This document shows positions 10,975 through 23,556 of a DNA stretch of 64,000 bases, one piece after another. The DNA is from Malacoraja senta (Eukaryota), in contig CM075989.1 of assembly GCA_038087875.1 (NCBI GenBank), positions 14,198,001 through 14,262,000 on the forward strand. The letters are read 5' to 3'. Positions within the stretch are counted from its first letter, which is position 1. The number at the start of each line of letters is the position of its first letter. The translations under genes were made by a program, and so were the position numbers. The notes under the pieces were generated by a model that searched no databases, had not been told where the DNA came from, and worked only from the letters and a program-made list of their open reading frames with translations.

Positions 10975-11600
10975 TCGGAATCATTTCTGAGGACGATGCA
11001 CAAGTCCCGAACCTTCTGGCAGGTTCATGCCCACAGTCTTTCTGACCAGCATAGTGGAGTAACTGCCCCAATCGGCATCAGTGGTGCTGATGTGCAAATG
11101 GTTGAGAGCTTCAAGTTCCTTGGTGTTAATATTGCCAATGATCTGTTGTGGACCAACATCATTGATGTGACAGCCAAGAAGGCTCACCACACCTCTGCTT
11201 CCTAAGGAGACAGATGGACAGATGTACCGTAGAAAGCATATTGTCGAGTGGCATCATGGTTTGGTTTGTGTCTACCCATGACTACAAGAAATTACAGAGA
11301 GTTGTAGATGTAGCCCAGCCCATCCCACAGACCATTATACTACTCCATCTATACATCACACTGCCTTGGAAAAGCAGCCAACATAATCAAAGACTTGTCC
11401 CAACTCAATAAGTCCTCCTCCTCCCTGCTATGGTCTGGCAGGTGGTATAGAAGCTTGAAAGCGTGCACCACTACACCCGGAGCGTCTTTCCCTCCATTAT
11501 CAAACTTCTGAATGGTCCTTCCATATGCTAGGGTACTGTTCAGTTCACCACTACTCCATTGAGGATATTGAATTTTGTCGAAGCAACTGATGGGATGCAA
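10975..11600 (+). mobile_element. Rex1/Babar-like LINE 3' fragment
   Basis: Frameshifted peptides VESFKFLGVNIANDLLWT and RCTVESILSSGIMVWF..DYKKLQRVV, typical of the Rex1-clade RT C-terminus. Confidence 0.75.
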
Positions 11601-13247
11601 TGACGTCCAACTTAGATGGCATTAAATTTAAAGCTGTGTTCTCCTGCAGTTGAACACTTTCAGATTTCAGAAAGTAAAAGTCTGCTTCAGCACTGCTGGT
11701 GCCAGAAGCATGCCTCGTGAAACCTTGCACACTCTATATGGGTCTCCATCCATTAAAATAATAGTGACAGCAGAGAACTACAAATTGTTAATTTTACAAG
11801 TGCCTGCTGGTTTTGTATAACTAACGTCAAGCCAAACTGAATCTCCAAATCTCCAATTGTACATTGCTACTATGTTTAAACAGTGTGGCAAATTCATTAT
11901 TTTTGCCAGAATCTGAAGAATCAATAGCAGTTCTTCCCTTGTTTGGCAATCTTACAGATGTAATCCAATGCAAAATCTTGATGATATGAAATATTTGCAG
12001 AATTAGAAGTAAGGATTTAGTTTTTCTCCTGTTGGCATCTCCAGCAAGATGCAATATGGCACAATGGGACAAATGGTAGAATGGTTATCAAATTGTTTAG
12101 AAATTCCATTTTAATGAAATAATATGCAAACTTCAAAATGACAGTCTGGGCATAACAGTCATATAGAAACAGGAACAGATCTGTCCACTAAACCCTTGAG
12201 TGAATTCTGCCATTCATGTGGTAATCTGTACTAGTCTTGATTTCACAACCTTAACATTTGGTTTCACAAAGAAATTCAAAGGAACTTCATCCATCCCAAT
12301 AAATGGTTCCTAAAATGTTCCTGATTGAGGAGTGGTGCTGATATTTTGCAAAGCCCACTTGTGGCCAAATTCTGATAGAATAGACCTTACACACATTTGA
12401 TCCATCTGTGCTAAGCAAGCAGAGGTGATCTAGAAGTGGAGCTGTGTTGCAGAGGGGGATAGGTGAGAAGGCAGGGACTGGGTTTGGTAAGGCTGACTAA
12501 GCAATGGAAATGGAACACATCAGCTTGGGATTATGTGCCTTTGGATGTTGGGGACAGAGTAGCAGAAATCTGTTAGTGATGGGCTGGAATTAATTCATAA
12601 GATCGGGGGATGGAAGGATCTGGCTCAAGTGCTGCATTGTGAATAGGGCAGATGGTGGCACGTGATTAAGCTAAGGTTGGTGGGTAATGTATCATCTTGA
12701 CAGTGGTAATAATGTGGAGTCGTATGTAAATTGACAAATGCTCAGACTCCAATGCACCAGACAGGTAGTGCATACCTTTAAATGCCACTGGTTTTACTTA
12801 GTGTCATTCTTGTATTGAGTGTGCAATTGGTGCATTAAACAATGGATCATTTGAGTGACCGGGTTGTGTTTGAATTGCACAAATAATTTGAAGCCCATAG
12901 ATTGAGGTCCAGTGACAAGATATGGCGAGGCCAACGACTGCAGGTAAAATTCAAGGCTGAATCTGTGCCTAATCATCTTAAGATGAGGTGCCAAGGATGT
13001 TTTGCTGAAAAAAAACCCTGCAGAAGCTGGGAGGCTGATAAGAAAATCTTTGAAGTGCTCAGCAGGTAAAGCTGCACCTATGGGGTGAAAAAACAATTCT
13101 GAGACCCTTTAGAAGTGGAAAAGGGAGAAACAAGTGTGTGTTTAAATTGCAGAGGGAGAGTGGTGGGGAGAACAGAGGAATGTCTCTTGTAAGAGTCATA
13201 CTACATTTCTCAATAATAATAACTTTAGATAAACAAAATGGAAATTA

Positions 13248-13655
13248 TAGACAATAGACAATAGACAATAGGTGCAGGAGTAGGCCATTTGGCCCTTCGA
13301 GCAGCACCGCCATTCAATGTGATCATGGCTGATCATCCCCAATCAGTACCCCATTCCTGCCTTCTCCCCATATCCCCTGACCGCTATTTTTAAGAGCCCT
13401 ATCTAGCTCTCTTGAAAGTATCCAGAGAACCTGTCTCCACCGCCCTCTGAGGCAGAGAATTCCACAGACTCACCACTCTCTGTGAGAAAAAGTGTTTCCT
13501 TGTCTCCGTTCTAAATGGCTTACTCCTTATTCTTAAACTGTGGCCCCTGGTTCTGGACTCCCCCAACATCGGGAACATGTTTCCTGCCTCTAGCGTGTCC
13601 AAGCCCTTAACAATCTTATATGTTTCAATGCGATATCCTCTCATCCTTCTAAACT
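13248..13655 (-). mobile_element. Young CR1 LINE 3' end
   Basis: ORF 13399-13644(-) reads IETYKIVKGLD...SRTRGHSLRIR...FFSQRVVSLWNSLP. Tail (agacaat)n at 13249-13270. Confidence 0.92.
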
Positions 13656-14034
13656 ACTAAATTGATGATAGAAAAGAAAATTAAAACAAATTAAAACAGA
13701 AAAGTACAGCTATGTATGGACATTGTTGATGATGAGTAGGGTAGCCTTGAGCTTTTGGATAATTATGATCATTTAATAAAATGAGTAGAGCAAAAGGCAG
13801 ATGCTATTTAAACTTGGTATGTGTGAAGTGATGAATTTGGGGGAATTACAGTAAATCTTCCAGTCACCTGGCACTTAATGCTTTGTCCGATTCTCACCTT
13901 GTCCTCACTCTCTCCTATGTTGCTCCAACAATGCAGAATGTAGAGTTGAAAAAAAGCACCGCATCTGTGTATGTTGCATCCATCGGAACTCCATGTTGAA
14001 TTTAACAATTGCAGGTTGCCACCTTTTTCGAATT

Positions 14035-14400
14035 GAGTCAAACGGCTTGTCATATTCACTATACAACGAGTTACAGGTACAATGAAAAGCTCGCTTGCAG
14101 CAGCATCACAGGCACATAGAATCAAGCAATACACAAAAACATAAATTACGTAAATTATACAAGACAGTGAAAATGAAAAAGACAGACATTAGTGCAAAAC
14201 CACATTTAGAAAACAAGTTCATAATAATGCAAGAGGTGGTCCTTTGTGTTCCATTGCTGAGCTAAAAATTAGGTTTGTTCAGGTTGTTTCAAGAAAGTAC
14301 CTGTTATTGAACAGTAGTGTGGGACTTCAGACTTTTATGCCTCCTGTCCAATGGTAGCAGTGAGAAGAAGGCTTGGCCTGGATAGTAGGAATGATTGATG
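14035..14400 (-). mobile_element. Rex1-like LINE 3' UTR fragment
   Basis: tacaatgaaaagctcgcttgcagcagcatcacagg and downstream ctgttattgaac..gggacttcagactt pattern. A related copy lies at about 15345-15710. Confidence 0.5.
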
Positions 14401-16059
14401 TGGCTTGTCTCTGTTTCAGTTTCTTTCTTTCCTTTCTGTCTGCAGCTCCTTTTTTAAAGTTATTTTTGGACCCTATCACAAATGTCCCCACTCTTCTCTC
14501 CACCTCTCCCACTCTTTGCAAACTAAAATACACCCACTTTCTCATATCCTCAGCTCTGATCTTGATTGTTTCTCTCCCATTGATACCGTTTGGCGTGCTG
14601 AGTGCTGCCAGCATTTTCTGCAGGATGCTTTGGTATTTTCTGGAAATATCAAAGACTCAAAGAAGGTGAAGCTTTTATTGGTGTTTCCAGCCAGTATTTC
14701 CTGCTTAATTGATTATATTGATCACTTCTGCAAAGCTCCTTGTTTGCATTTTCACGGAAACATTATGTAGATGTGAGTTTATTGTAGACAGCCTGATGAA
14801 AAGTATTGGATTTCTAATTTGGGGGAAAAAATAGAGATGCACTCTTCTATTTGTTCTTAGTATAGTGGCCATTTTAGTAAGACTGCTTTTATTGCCAATC
14901 TCCAAATGTGATAATTTCCACAACATTGTAGCTTGCTTGTCAGAGGGCATTCGGAAATAATAATAATAATCAGGGTCTGGCACTGCACGTGGATCGTTGT
15001 ATTTCAGGGTTGCATTTTTGGACAATCCAAAAGGTGAATTGATTGTTTTGTTGCTAATTTTCAAATGTCCACATTTATTTAATCATCTTTCACATGTTTT
15101 GATGCTGAGATTTGACTTCATGGTTGATACCATGATGGGTGATGGGTAGACATGAACCCCAGTCCCAAAAATCAGTGTGTAGAACTGTTCAACACCAATC
15201 TACATGATGAAAATGTGGAGGTGTGCTCTGACACTGACTTATTTTTCATTGTTTTCCTTCCTTTCTCAAATCTTACAGTTGGTATTACATCATCTATTTT
15301 GTGCGAATAATGAGGCAAAAGTGTGCCTCAGTTCTGATTGTCGGCATTAGTTTATTATTGTCATGTGCTTTGGTATCTGCACAATGTAGCAGACTAGACA
15401 CAGTGAAAAACTTTGTTTGCGTGCCATCCTGTCAAATCATACTATACATGAGTGCAATGAAACCCAACACATGCACAATATGTAGTGCAAAGAACAAAAT
15501 ACCAGAGTGTAGAGTATAGTGTTATAGCTACAGAGAAAGTGCAGATAGAAAAAAAAGTACCAGGAGGTAAATTGAGAGATCAGAACTTCACCCTTAGCTT
15601 ATGGAAGGACCGTTCAGAAGTCTGATAACAGTGAGCTGTTCCTAAATCTTGTGGTGCGTGTTTTCAAGTTGTTGTATGTGTTGCCAAATGGGAGAAGAGG
15701 GAATGACTGAACTGCAAATATGTGTAACTAGATCACATCGTCGGTAATATAACAGCAATGTTAATGACATCTCAATGTCTTTTATTACTGGGATTGCATT
15801 GGAAGAATTTAAGTCTATAATATATCAAAACGTTTTTCTTGAATGTTACTGTATGCCAAATCCAATAAGGGAGTTTGAAATGTTCTCTTTAAACAGCCCC
15901 TTAAAATTGAGGATGACTTGGTTGCACCCCAGGTAACTGATAATAAAACATGGGAATTGCAGATTCTGCCACCGTGGGGCAGGAGGGACTGCATTGTATT
16001 TAGAGTTGTTTTGCTCCTGCTTTGTTCATGAGGCTTCCGTGATGCATTACCTTGAGGTT

Positions 16060-16330
16060 CTCGATACCATTCTAAATTCTCCGATGCCATTTTGATCAGT
16101 CATCAGCCAGCGATTCCTAGGAATGAATGGGGATGTTGCATTTTGTTCAAGGAAGGCTTTGAGCATATCCTTGAAGCTTTCCACTGTTAGCCTGGTAATC
16201 TCCCGTGACAGAGTTCAGAACGGTGCATTGGTTTTGAGGGCATGTGAACGATATGGCCTGCACAATGTAGCAGACTGGGTGTTGGCATGGGGAAGCACAC
16301 TGATGTTGGTTTGCTTGTTCTTCCAGTGAG
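16060..16330 (-). mobile_element. RTE-clade LINE 3' fragment
   Basis: The reverse strand encodes a degenerate ..SELCHG..PG...FKDMLKA.. motif, typical of the RTE ORF C-terminus. Confidence 0.55.
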
Positions 16331-16798
16331 GGTTTTTTTCTGTACTGAAATGCTTTACAATCTGATTTAGCAGGCAAATTAATGTTACAGTTGTATTTAA
16401 CATTTGACATTAATACATTACTATATTTTTGTTGGAGCAATGCCAGTTGTTCAGCATAATTTTGTAGATTATATCAGAATAGTGTATTTTGGTGTTCATG
16501 CCAGGGATTGACAGAGGGGTAATTTCATCCCTCTGGATTCATGCCCCTCAACATTCAATTAACAAAGTGTACTTCAGATAAAATTTTCTTCAGATTAAAC
16601 ATAACAGATTCCAGCATGATTCTCATTCCTTGCAGTACATTTCTGGGTTTAAAGGTATCTCCATGAGTTGAGCACAATTTCATGCAAATTATTAAGTATG
16701 AAGTCTGGCAGCTCTACATTTCCCAATTTCAGAATAGTTTTGGGAAACATTATTACTGCATCTGCTCTTAAAGGTCTTCAAGGCACGGTGTAGAATAA

Positions 16799-17034
16799 AG
16801 GGCCTGTCCCACTTGGGCGTCATTTGCGCGTCACGCAGGTGGCGTGCGAAGATTTTGTGAATCCCCAAATCCTGGGGCGTCGCGCGTGACCGTGCGTCAC
16901 TGCCTACGTCACCACGCACCATGCACGCGTAATGCACACCATGTGCGTGTAATGCACGCCATGCGCGCATCACGTGATGCGTAAATGATGTCACGTAAAT
17001 GACGCGCAAATGACCACCAAGTGGGACAGGCCCT
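16799..17034. mobile_element. PIF/Harbinger-type MITE, CpG-rich and quasi-palindromic
   Basis: TIRs agggcctgtcccacttgg..gtcatttgcgcgtca / tgacgcgcaaatgac..ccaagtgggacaggccct. TAA on both sides (16796-16798 and 17035-17037). Confidence 0.9.
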
Positions 17035-17054
17035 TAAGTCGAGTAAAGGTGTTG

Positions 17055-17210
17055 TTACGAGAATTGACCTAGTGTTTTATATTTAACTTGTATCTTTAAA
17101 AATATAGAGAAGATCGAAGACCTTTTAATAAGGATTTTGATACGTTGGTTCCATGGGGTGAGCCTGCACATATATCCTTCCAAGGTCCCATCAAGAGCTT
17201 TTAATATGCT
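17055..17210 (-). mobile_element. L1-clade ORF2 C-terminal fragment
   Basis: Degenerate relative of the L1 3' ends at 26205 and 58705. Confidence 0.4.
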
Positions 17211-17782
17211 TGTACGCTGCACTCCCTCAATAGCAAGAATATCCTTCCTCGAATTTGGAGACCAAAACTGCACACAATACTCCAGGTGAGGTCTCACTAG
17301 GGCCCTGTACAATTGCAGAAGGACCTCTTTGCTCCTATACTCAACTCCTCTTGTTATGAAGGCCAACATGCCATTCACTTTCTTCACTGCCTGCTGTACC
17401 TGCATGCTTACTTTCAGTGACTGATGAACAAGGACCCCCCAGATCCCGTTGTAATTCCCCTTTTCCCAATTTGACACCATTTAGATAATAATCTGCCTTC
17501 TTGTTTTTGCCACTAAAATGGATAACCTCACATTTATCCACATTAAACTGCATCTGCCCTCTCACCCACCCTGTCCAAGTCACCCTGCATCCTCATAGCA
17601 TTCTCTTCACAGTTCACACTGCCACCCAGCTTTGTGTCATCTGCAAATTTGCTAATGTTACTTTTTTTAACATGATGTCCTAACTCCTACACTAAATGCA
17701 TCAATTGATCAGTGCAAGCATGCCATACTCCCTTTTCACCACCCTCTCTACCTGTGTTACCACTTTCAGGGAACTATGTACT
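17211..17782 (-). mobile_element. CR1 LINE RT fragments
   Basis: ORFs read QMQFNVDKCEVIHFSGKN and QVQQAVKKVNGMLAFITRGVEYRSKEVLLQLYRALVRPHLEYCVQFWSP. Confidence 0.9.
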
Positions 17783-17908
17783 TAGTGTTGCCAACTTTCT
17801 CACTCCCAAATAAGGGCAAAAGGTGGCGGTGTGTGTATGGTGCAGGCCCGGGATGAAGTGACTGAGGGGGCTGGCAGCTAGCAGATGGTAACGGGGACCT
17901 TTTTCAAA

Positions 17909-17932
17909 AGAGAGAGAGAGAGAGAGAGAGAG
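17909..17932. repeat. (GA)n microsatellite
   Basis: Read directly from the sequence. Confidence 0.95.
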
Positions 17933-18887
17933 AAACAACAACCCTGAATAGGTAAACAAATCCAATATATGAACAATGTATACATATCTTCAGTGTTGTA
18001 TATGAAATGTAACACCAAATTATAACAAAGCATAATACAGAGCATAATCTGACTACCAGTCAGACATGAAATAACACCAAATAACCCTATCTGTATGTGC
18101 CTATAGAGTAGACATATAATCACTGCAAAAGAGTAAAAGAGGGAGGGGGGGGGGGGGTCTCACCAAGTCTACTTTTTCCATGGATATTTCTCGCTGGTCT
18201 TGACTGATTGAAGCAGTCCTTTGTCCTTTTGCACAGCCAGAGAGAAGTCCTTACATGACAAATCACAGTTCACAGATATTTGAAGTTCATTTTTGATCAG
18301 CTCTGTGCTGCATCAGTTTCTTGAGTCTGACCATTTGATGGTCATCAGAGAGAAGATCCTTTCTGCAAAAGGCCTGGCATACAGAGGACAAATGAGACAA
18401 TCCTGAACATGTTGATCAAGTTGGCTTTCCCTATGGGTGGAAATCCCGGGAGGGGGGGCGCAGCATCCCTCCCATGTTTTGAGAGGTGGGGGACAATTCC
18501 CCCCCCCCCCCACCACATGTTTTGTAATCCGGATTTTGAAATTCGGTGAAAGAAAATCTATTAAAATCTCTGCTTTCCGCGAGACAGTGGGGGTGTCACT
18601 GTTAAGCGCTTGTTAATTGTCTCTATTAACATCGTATTAACACGATGTGTCACCAATTGTGTTTTGACCTTCCAGTATTACTGAAGGTATTCATGGAGAA
18701 TTTCTTAAAGCTGTCTGATGCAGGTACAATTACCATTTGAACTAATTGGATGTATTGGTGGATGGGAAAGATTTAAACGGGTATCGGATTTATACGGGTC
18801 GGGTCATTATGGGCTCTGGTCGAACGGGTTTCCTGGCTGGCTTGCAGGTAAGTCCCTCATTCGGTCACACGTTATTTAGTATTTTTT

Positions 18888-18892
<5 letters not shown>

Positions 18893-18936
<44 letters not shown>
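18893..18936. repeat. (CT)n microsatellite
   Basis: Read directly from the sequence. Confidence 0.95.
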
Positions 18937-18939
<3 letters not shown>

Positions 18940-19288
18940 CCCTCCAAGGTTGGTTCTTCTGCTTGCCTTTATTTGCTTCAGTTTTATTTGTTTAAGTGTT
19001 ATTTATCACATTGTAGCTTTTGAAAGATTCAAGCAGGTATCAGACGTTTTCTAAAGGCTGAATCGGCCCGTTTGCGGGGCCTTTCATCGCCCAGCGTGGC
19101 TTAAAATCAACTGCTGCGTCGAGGCGATCGAGGCTCCCGATGCCGGCCGATTTTAAGCTGCGAACGGGCCGATTCAAGCCCCACAATTCGGGGTCGGTGA
19201 AGCTGGAGTTCGGCGTCGGTCAACATCCAGGTCAGCTTCCGATGTTACCGTCCACAGGGCCCACGGCTGAAGCCTCCGAAACCTCGCC

Positions 19289-19314
19289 TGTGTGTGTGTG
19301 TGTGTGTGTGTGTG
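19289..19314. repeat. (TG)n microsatellite
   Basis: Read directly from the sequence. Confidence 0.95.
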
Positions 19315-20879
19315 CGCATGCGCTTGCGTGCGGCCACCAAGAAATTGTGTCCCCCCTCCCCCCCCATGTTTTGATAGCGATTTCCGCCCCTGGAATTTGG
19401 AAAACTGCCACCCACTTCTCACTGGTGGATTTTGTGGAATCCTGTCTGGCTTTCCGTATTTCCTCCCGGCTAGCACAAAACATATTGACTGTCTCTGTCA
19501 TGTTGAGGGCAGCCACCATCTGCTCCAGGTCAGTGAAGGAGAGCAATCAAACCACATGTCATTGTATGTAATGACAGAGTCATAGAACTTCACAAAGTCC
19601 TGTTGCTGCTTGGACCTTTGTGCTCTGTCCATCAGCTGCTTGGTCTGGTATCCAAAGAAGCTGTCCTGTTTCCGCTGAAGCATCTTCATTTTGAACTTTC
19701 GGACTTCCTCGTATACATCTGTGATGCAGAGCTTTGTTTCCTCCAGGTTTTTTACGAGTTGGTCAAAAACACACCCCACGTTATGGAAAAAGCACACATA
19801 AATTTCAGTAGTTCCAGTTTTTTCTTCATCCTCAAAAATCGTCTTCAATGCCACAGGACAAGTCTCAAGGGACCTGAAGTATGACGTAAGAGCTGGCCAG
19901 CTTTGCAGGAAACGTTCGACAGCTGGATGAAGAGAGAGCGATCGTGTGCAAACATGACGCAGAATTTCACGCAACTCCATGTCAACAAAGGCAAAAAATG
20001 AATGCAGTTCCTCTCTCCAGTTCATACTTCTCCAGACAGCTCATCAGAACTTGATGTATGCCATTTGCAGTTTTATCACTCTCTTCATAAAAGTCAAGTA
20101 ACTTACACTGCACTCCAAAAGTATCTCATGCACACTGGAAACATTTTTCTATCTTTTTTTTTTTTAAGCATCAGTGGCAACTGAGAATTACGCGGGCTCC
20201 GCGGACTCACCTTCTTTGGTCGGGGACAGAACATCCATAATATCCCGCACAGTCTTTGGTCCTAAAACATTCATTGTAATCATGTCAGCTTTCGTTCTTC
20301 CCAAGTGTATCTTCTTCACAACATTTGAGCTCAGCAAGACAGTCAGTGCTGTTGTAGTTGAGTCCGTGTTTAACCGTATAGAACACATATGAGGCTTCAC
20401 GCCGCGATTTTGTCATTTTCCGCACTAGATTTCACGAAGAATGCACCAATATTGCTTGCACCTTTATACGTGTGGCCTTCTTGTGCACTTCTGGGGAAAC
20501 ATGCTGAGTTAGGTCATTCTCACCTCCATGTCCAATTGAGAATTCCCGACGGCATAAAGTACAGGAGGCCTTCATCGAGTCACCGCTGATGGGCTTAACC
20601 CACGTCTTTTTTGCTTCCCATTGCTTGTTATAGCTGCACAGTCATTTCTTTATTGCAGGTTTATCCATATTTGCACATGCCAAACCGACCGAACACCAGA
20701 CATTACTGAAACTTTTTGTTTTGGCAGGAATTGGCAAAATATAGCATACAACTGATGTGCATAAGGGGGCTGTGATAGGATGACAGGTGAATTACTTGCA
20801 CGTGACAAAGGAAATTACCTTATTGCAAAGGAAATTATGGAAGTGTTGCTGCAGCGGGCCATGGTTCTGCTGAGACCAC

Positions 20880-21425
20880 ATAGAGTCACAGATTGATACA
20901 GCATGGAACAGGCCCTTCAGCCCAACTTGCCCATACTGGCTAACATGTCCCAGCTACACAAGTCCCACCTGCCTGCGTTTGGCCCATATCTCTCCAAACC
21001 TGTCCTATCCATGTACCTGTCTTAACTGTTTCTTACGTAAACATTGTGATAGTCCCTGCCTCAACTACCTCCTCTGGCAGCTCATTCCATACCTCATTCC
21101 ACCACACTTTGTGTGAATAAGTTACCACTCAGATTCCCATTAAATCTTTTCCCCTTCACCTTAAACCTATGTCCTCTGGTCCTCGATCCCCCGACTCTGG
21201 GCAAGAGACTGTGCATCTATCCGATCTATTCCTCTCATGATTTTATACACCTCTATAAGATCACCCCTCATCCTCCTGCGCTCCAAGGAATGGAGTCCCA
21301 GCCCACTCAACCTCTCCCTAAGCTCAGAAATTCGAGTCCTGGCTACATCGTCTCTGTACCCTTTCCAGCTTGACAACATCTTTCCTATAACATCGTGCCC
21401 AGAACTAAACACTATACTCTAAACC
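20880..21425 (-). mobile_element. CR1 LINE 3' fragment
   Basis: ORF 21167-21412(-) reads ERLSGLGLHSLERRRMRGDLIEVYKIMRGIDR, followed by the CR1 3' UTR. Confidence 0.88.
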
Positions 21426-21459
21426 TACAGTACTGTATATGTTTTTGTCGTCTATTGGG

Positions 21460-21915
21460 AGCAGTTCACAGAAGGTTTACATCTGATTTATGGATTGAGG
21501 GAGTTGTCTTGTAAGGAAAGATCGATTAGGTGAGTCCTGTACTCATTGCAGTAGAATGAGAGGTGATCTAATTGAAACATCAAATTCAGAGCAGGCTTGG
21601 CAAGATGGATGTTGAGGGGATGTTTCTCCTTGGGAAGGACTCTAGAGTTAAGGAGCATAGTTTAAAATATGGAGTTACTCATTTACAACCAAGATGATGA
21701 AAAGCAGTTCATTTGAGTGCCAATGTTTTTGAAGCATGCTTGCCCAAATGCCATGGAGGCCAAGCTATTGAATATATTCAAGCCCTGCTTGTTTAGATGT
21801 CGTGGGGAATTGAGAGTTATAGTGGAGACGAGGCCAAGACCAGATGAGCATGATTTTAATGGATGACAGAGCAGGCCTGCGATGCCACATTGCTGATTCC
21901 TGCACCTATTTTTGT
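21460..21915 (+). mobile_element. Old CR1 LINE 3' fragment
   Basis: gaatgagaggtgatctaattgaaacat (RGDLIET) and a degenerate 3' UTR ending ..tcctgcacctattt. Confidence 0.7.
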
Positions 21916-22149
21916 GGTTTTAATTCTTAAACACTGCTTTGATCTTGGATATTAACTGAATCAATTACGACCAGGATTATGTTGTTTGTTTATTAATTAA
22001 ATATGCACTATAAAAATGTTATTTGTGCAGTTTTTCCTCAAAGAATCTTCAGTGAAGTTAAACAAATGCCAGGCATGTGGCCATTAACTGAATAAGTGTT
22101 GTATTTCTCCAACATGGAGACATGGAGGCTTTGGAGATTCTCTAAGGAC

Positions 22150-22740
22150 AGATTGCACAAACTTGGATTGTTTTCTCAGGAGTGTTGAAATTTGAGGGCA
22201 GACCTGATAGCAGTATATAAAATAAAGAGAGTTATAGATAGGGTAGACAGTCAAAACTTTTTCCCCAGGGTGAAAATGCCTGGGTCAAAGGGAGAAAATT
22301 CAAAGGAGATATTTGGGGCAAGTATTTTACAGGAAGGGAGTGGTAGGTGCCTGGATTGTGCTGCCAGGAGTAGTGGTGGAAATAGATACAATGCTGTTGT
22401 TTAAGAGGCTTTTGAATAGGCGCATGAATATTGCTATATTTAAGAGGGAGCTAGATGTGGCCCTTGTGGCTAAAGGGATCAGAGGGTATGGAGAGAAGGC
22501 AGGTACGGGATACTGAGTTGGATGATCAGCCATGATCATATTGAATGGCGGTGCAGGCTCGAAGGGCCGAATGGCCTACTCCTGCACCTAATTTCTATGT
22601 TTCTATGTTTCTAATATGCAGGAATGGAGGGATGTGGATGTGCAGGAAGAGATTCGTTTAATTTGGCATCATATTCAACAAAGACATTGTGGGCTGAAGG
22701 GCCTGCCCGTGTGTTATACTGTTCTATCTTTATGTTCTAT
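22150..22740 (+). mobile_element. CR1 3' fragment with a nested young CR1 3' end (about 22432-22612)
   Basis: LRADLIAVYKI peptide. The nested segment nearly matches 34052-34235 and ends in (tttctatg)n, flanked by aatat direct repeats. Confidence 0.85.
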
Positions 22741-23345
22741 GTGCAAACAAACTGGGGTAGCTCTTTCAGTGGTACATCTGTAGATCCATTTGAAGGATAT
22801 TGTATGCTATCTTTCTCTGTCATCCATATATTTAATATGGTACATTGTGCAACCGACTTTGGCATGACAGAATGACGGTATCATTAAGGACACGGGTAGC
22901 AATATTAATTAAGGGTAGGTGGCTAAACAACATTAGCGAGGTGAGGAAATTTCACTTGAGACCCTTCTTTCCAAAGTGGGCTGCATTAGTTAATCATAAT
23001 GGAAATGCCACTCTTGACATTCGGACAGCAGCAGATTCTCTCCTCGTCCTGCATAATTCTTCCATCAGTTCAGATATTTTTACCCATCCTCTGATGAACT
23101 TTGGGTTCATAAATAGTAATGGCATTAAGATTCAGCAGGCATGAGGCAGGTAATGGATCATTCTTCATGAATGTTAAATCAATATCTTCTTTATTTTATG
23201 CCCTTTATCTGTGTTGCATCAAGATTTATTAAATTATGAGAGGCCTAGATATGATGAGTAGGAAGGACCTTGAGCAGAGAAATAAACACCAATGTCAAGT
23301 TATGGTATTTGGCAGAAAGATTAAAATGATAAAGATATTTAGGTA

Positions 23346-23556
23346 TTGTTTAAGAAGGAACTGCAGATGCTGGAAAATCTAAGGTAGACAAAAATGCTGG
23401 AGAAACTCAGCGGGTGCAGCAGCATCTATGGAGCGAAGGAAATAGGCAACGTTTCGGGCCAAAACCCTAAGGGTTTCAGCACGAAACGTTGCCTATTTCC
23501 TTCGCTCCAGAGATGCTGCTGCACCCGCTGAGTTTCTCCAGCATTTTTGTCTACCT
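23346..23556. mobile_element. Palindromic Penelope-like terminal insertion
   Basis: Arms 23382-23468 and 23470-23556 are reverse complements. 14-bp TSD aagatatttaggta at 23332-23345 and 23557-23570. Confidence 0.9.

Larger units (their letters stand above)
18432..19392. mobile_element. Non-autonomous TIR element nested inside the hAT transposase
   Basis: Ends tatgggtggaaatc / gatttccgcccctg are inverted repeats. The transposase peptide resumes across the insertion. Contains (CT)n and (TG)n. Confidence 0.65.
18169..20668 (-). pseudogene. hAT transposase pseudogene (frameshifted, interrupted)
   Basis: Segments in order: MDKPA..YNKQWEAKKTW; HLGRTKADMITMNVLGP; ILRHVCTRSLSLHPAVERFLQSWPAL (TRW-like motif); KWVAVFQ..GKANLINMFRIVSFVL; FAERIFSLMTIKWSDSRN (hATC dimerisation ERxFS). 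Stop codon at 18169-18171. Confidence 0.85.
17783..20745 (-). mobile_element. hAT DNA transposon, decayed autonomous-type copy
   Basis: Left end tagtgttgccaac is a hAT-type TIR. Transposase remnants lie on the - strand. The right terminus is uncertain. Confidence 0.75.

Noticed and set aside
18845-18853. Perfect splice donor CAG|GTAAGT (another near 32456-32464) as an extra UNC13C exon
   Set aside because: The first lies within a transposon and the second just downstream of a SINE. I found no convincing acceptor with a frame-compatible Munc13-like peptide, and the known exons already join in phase.
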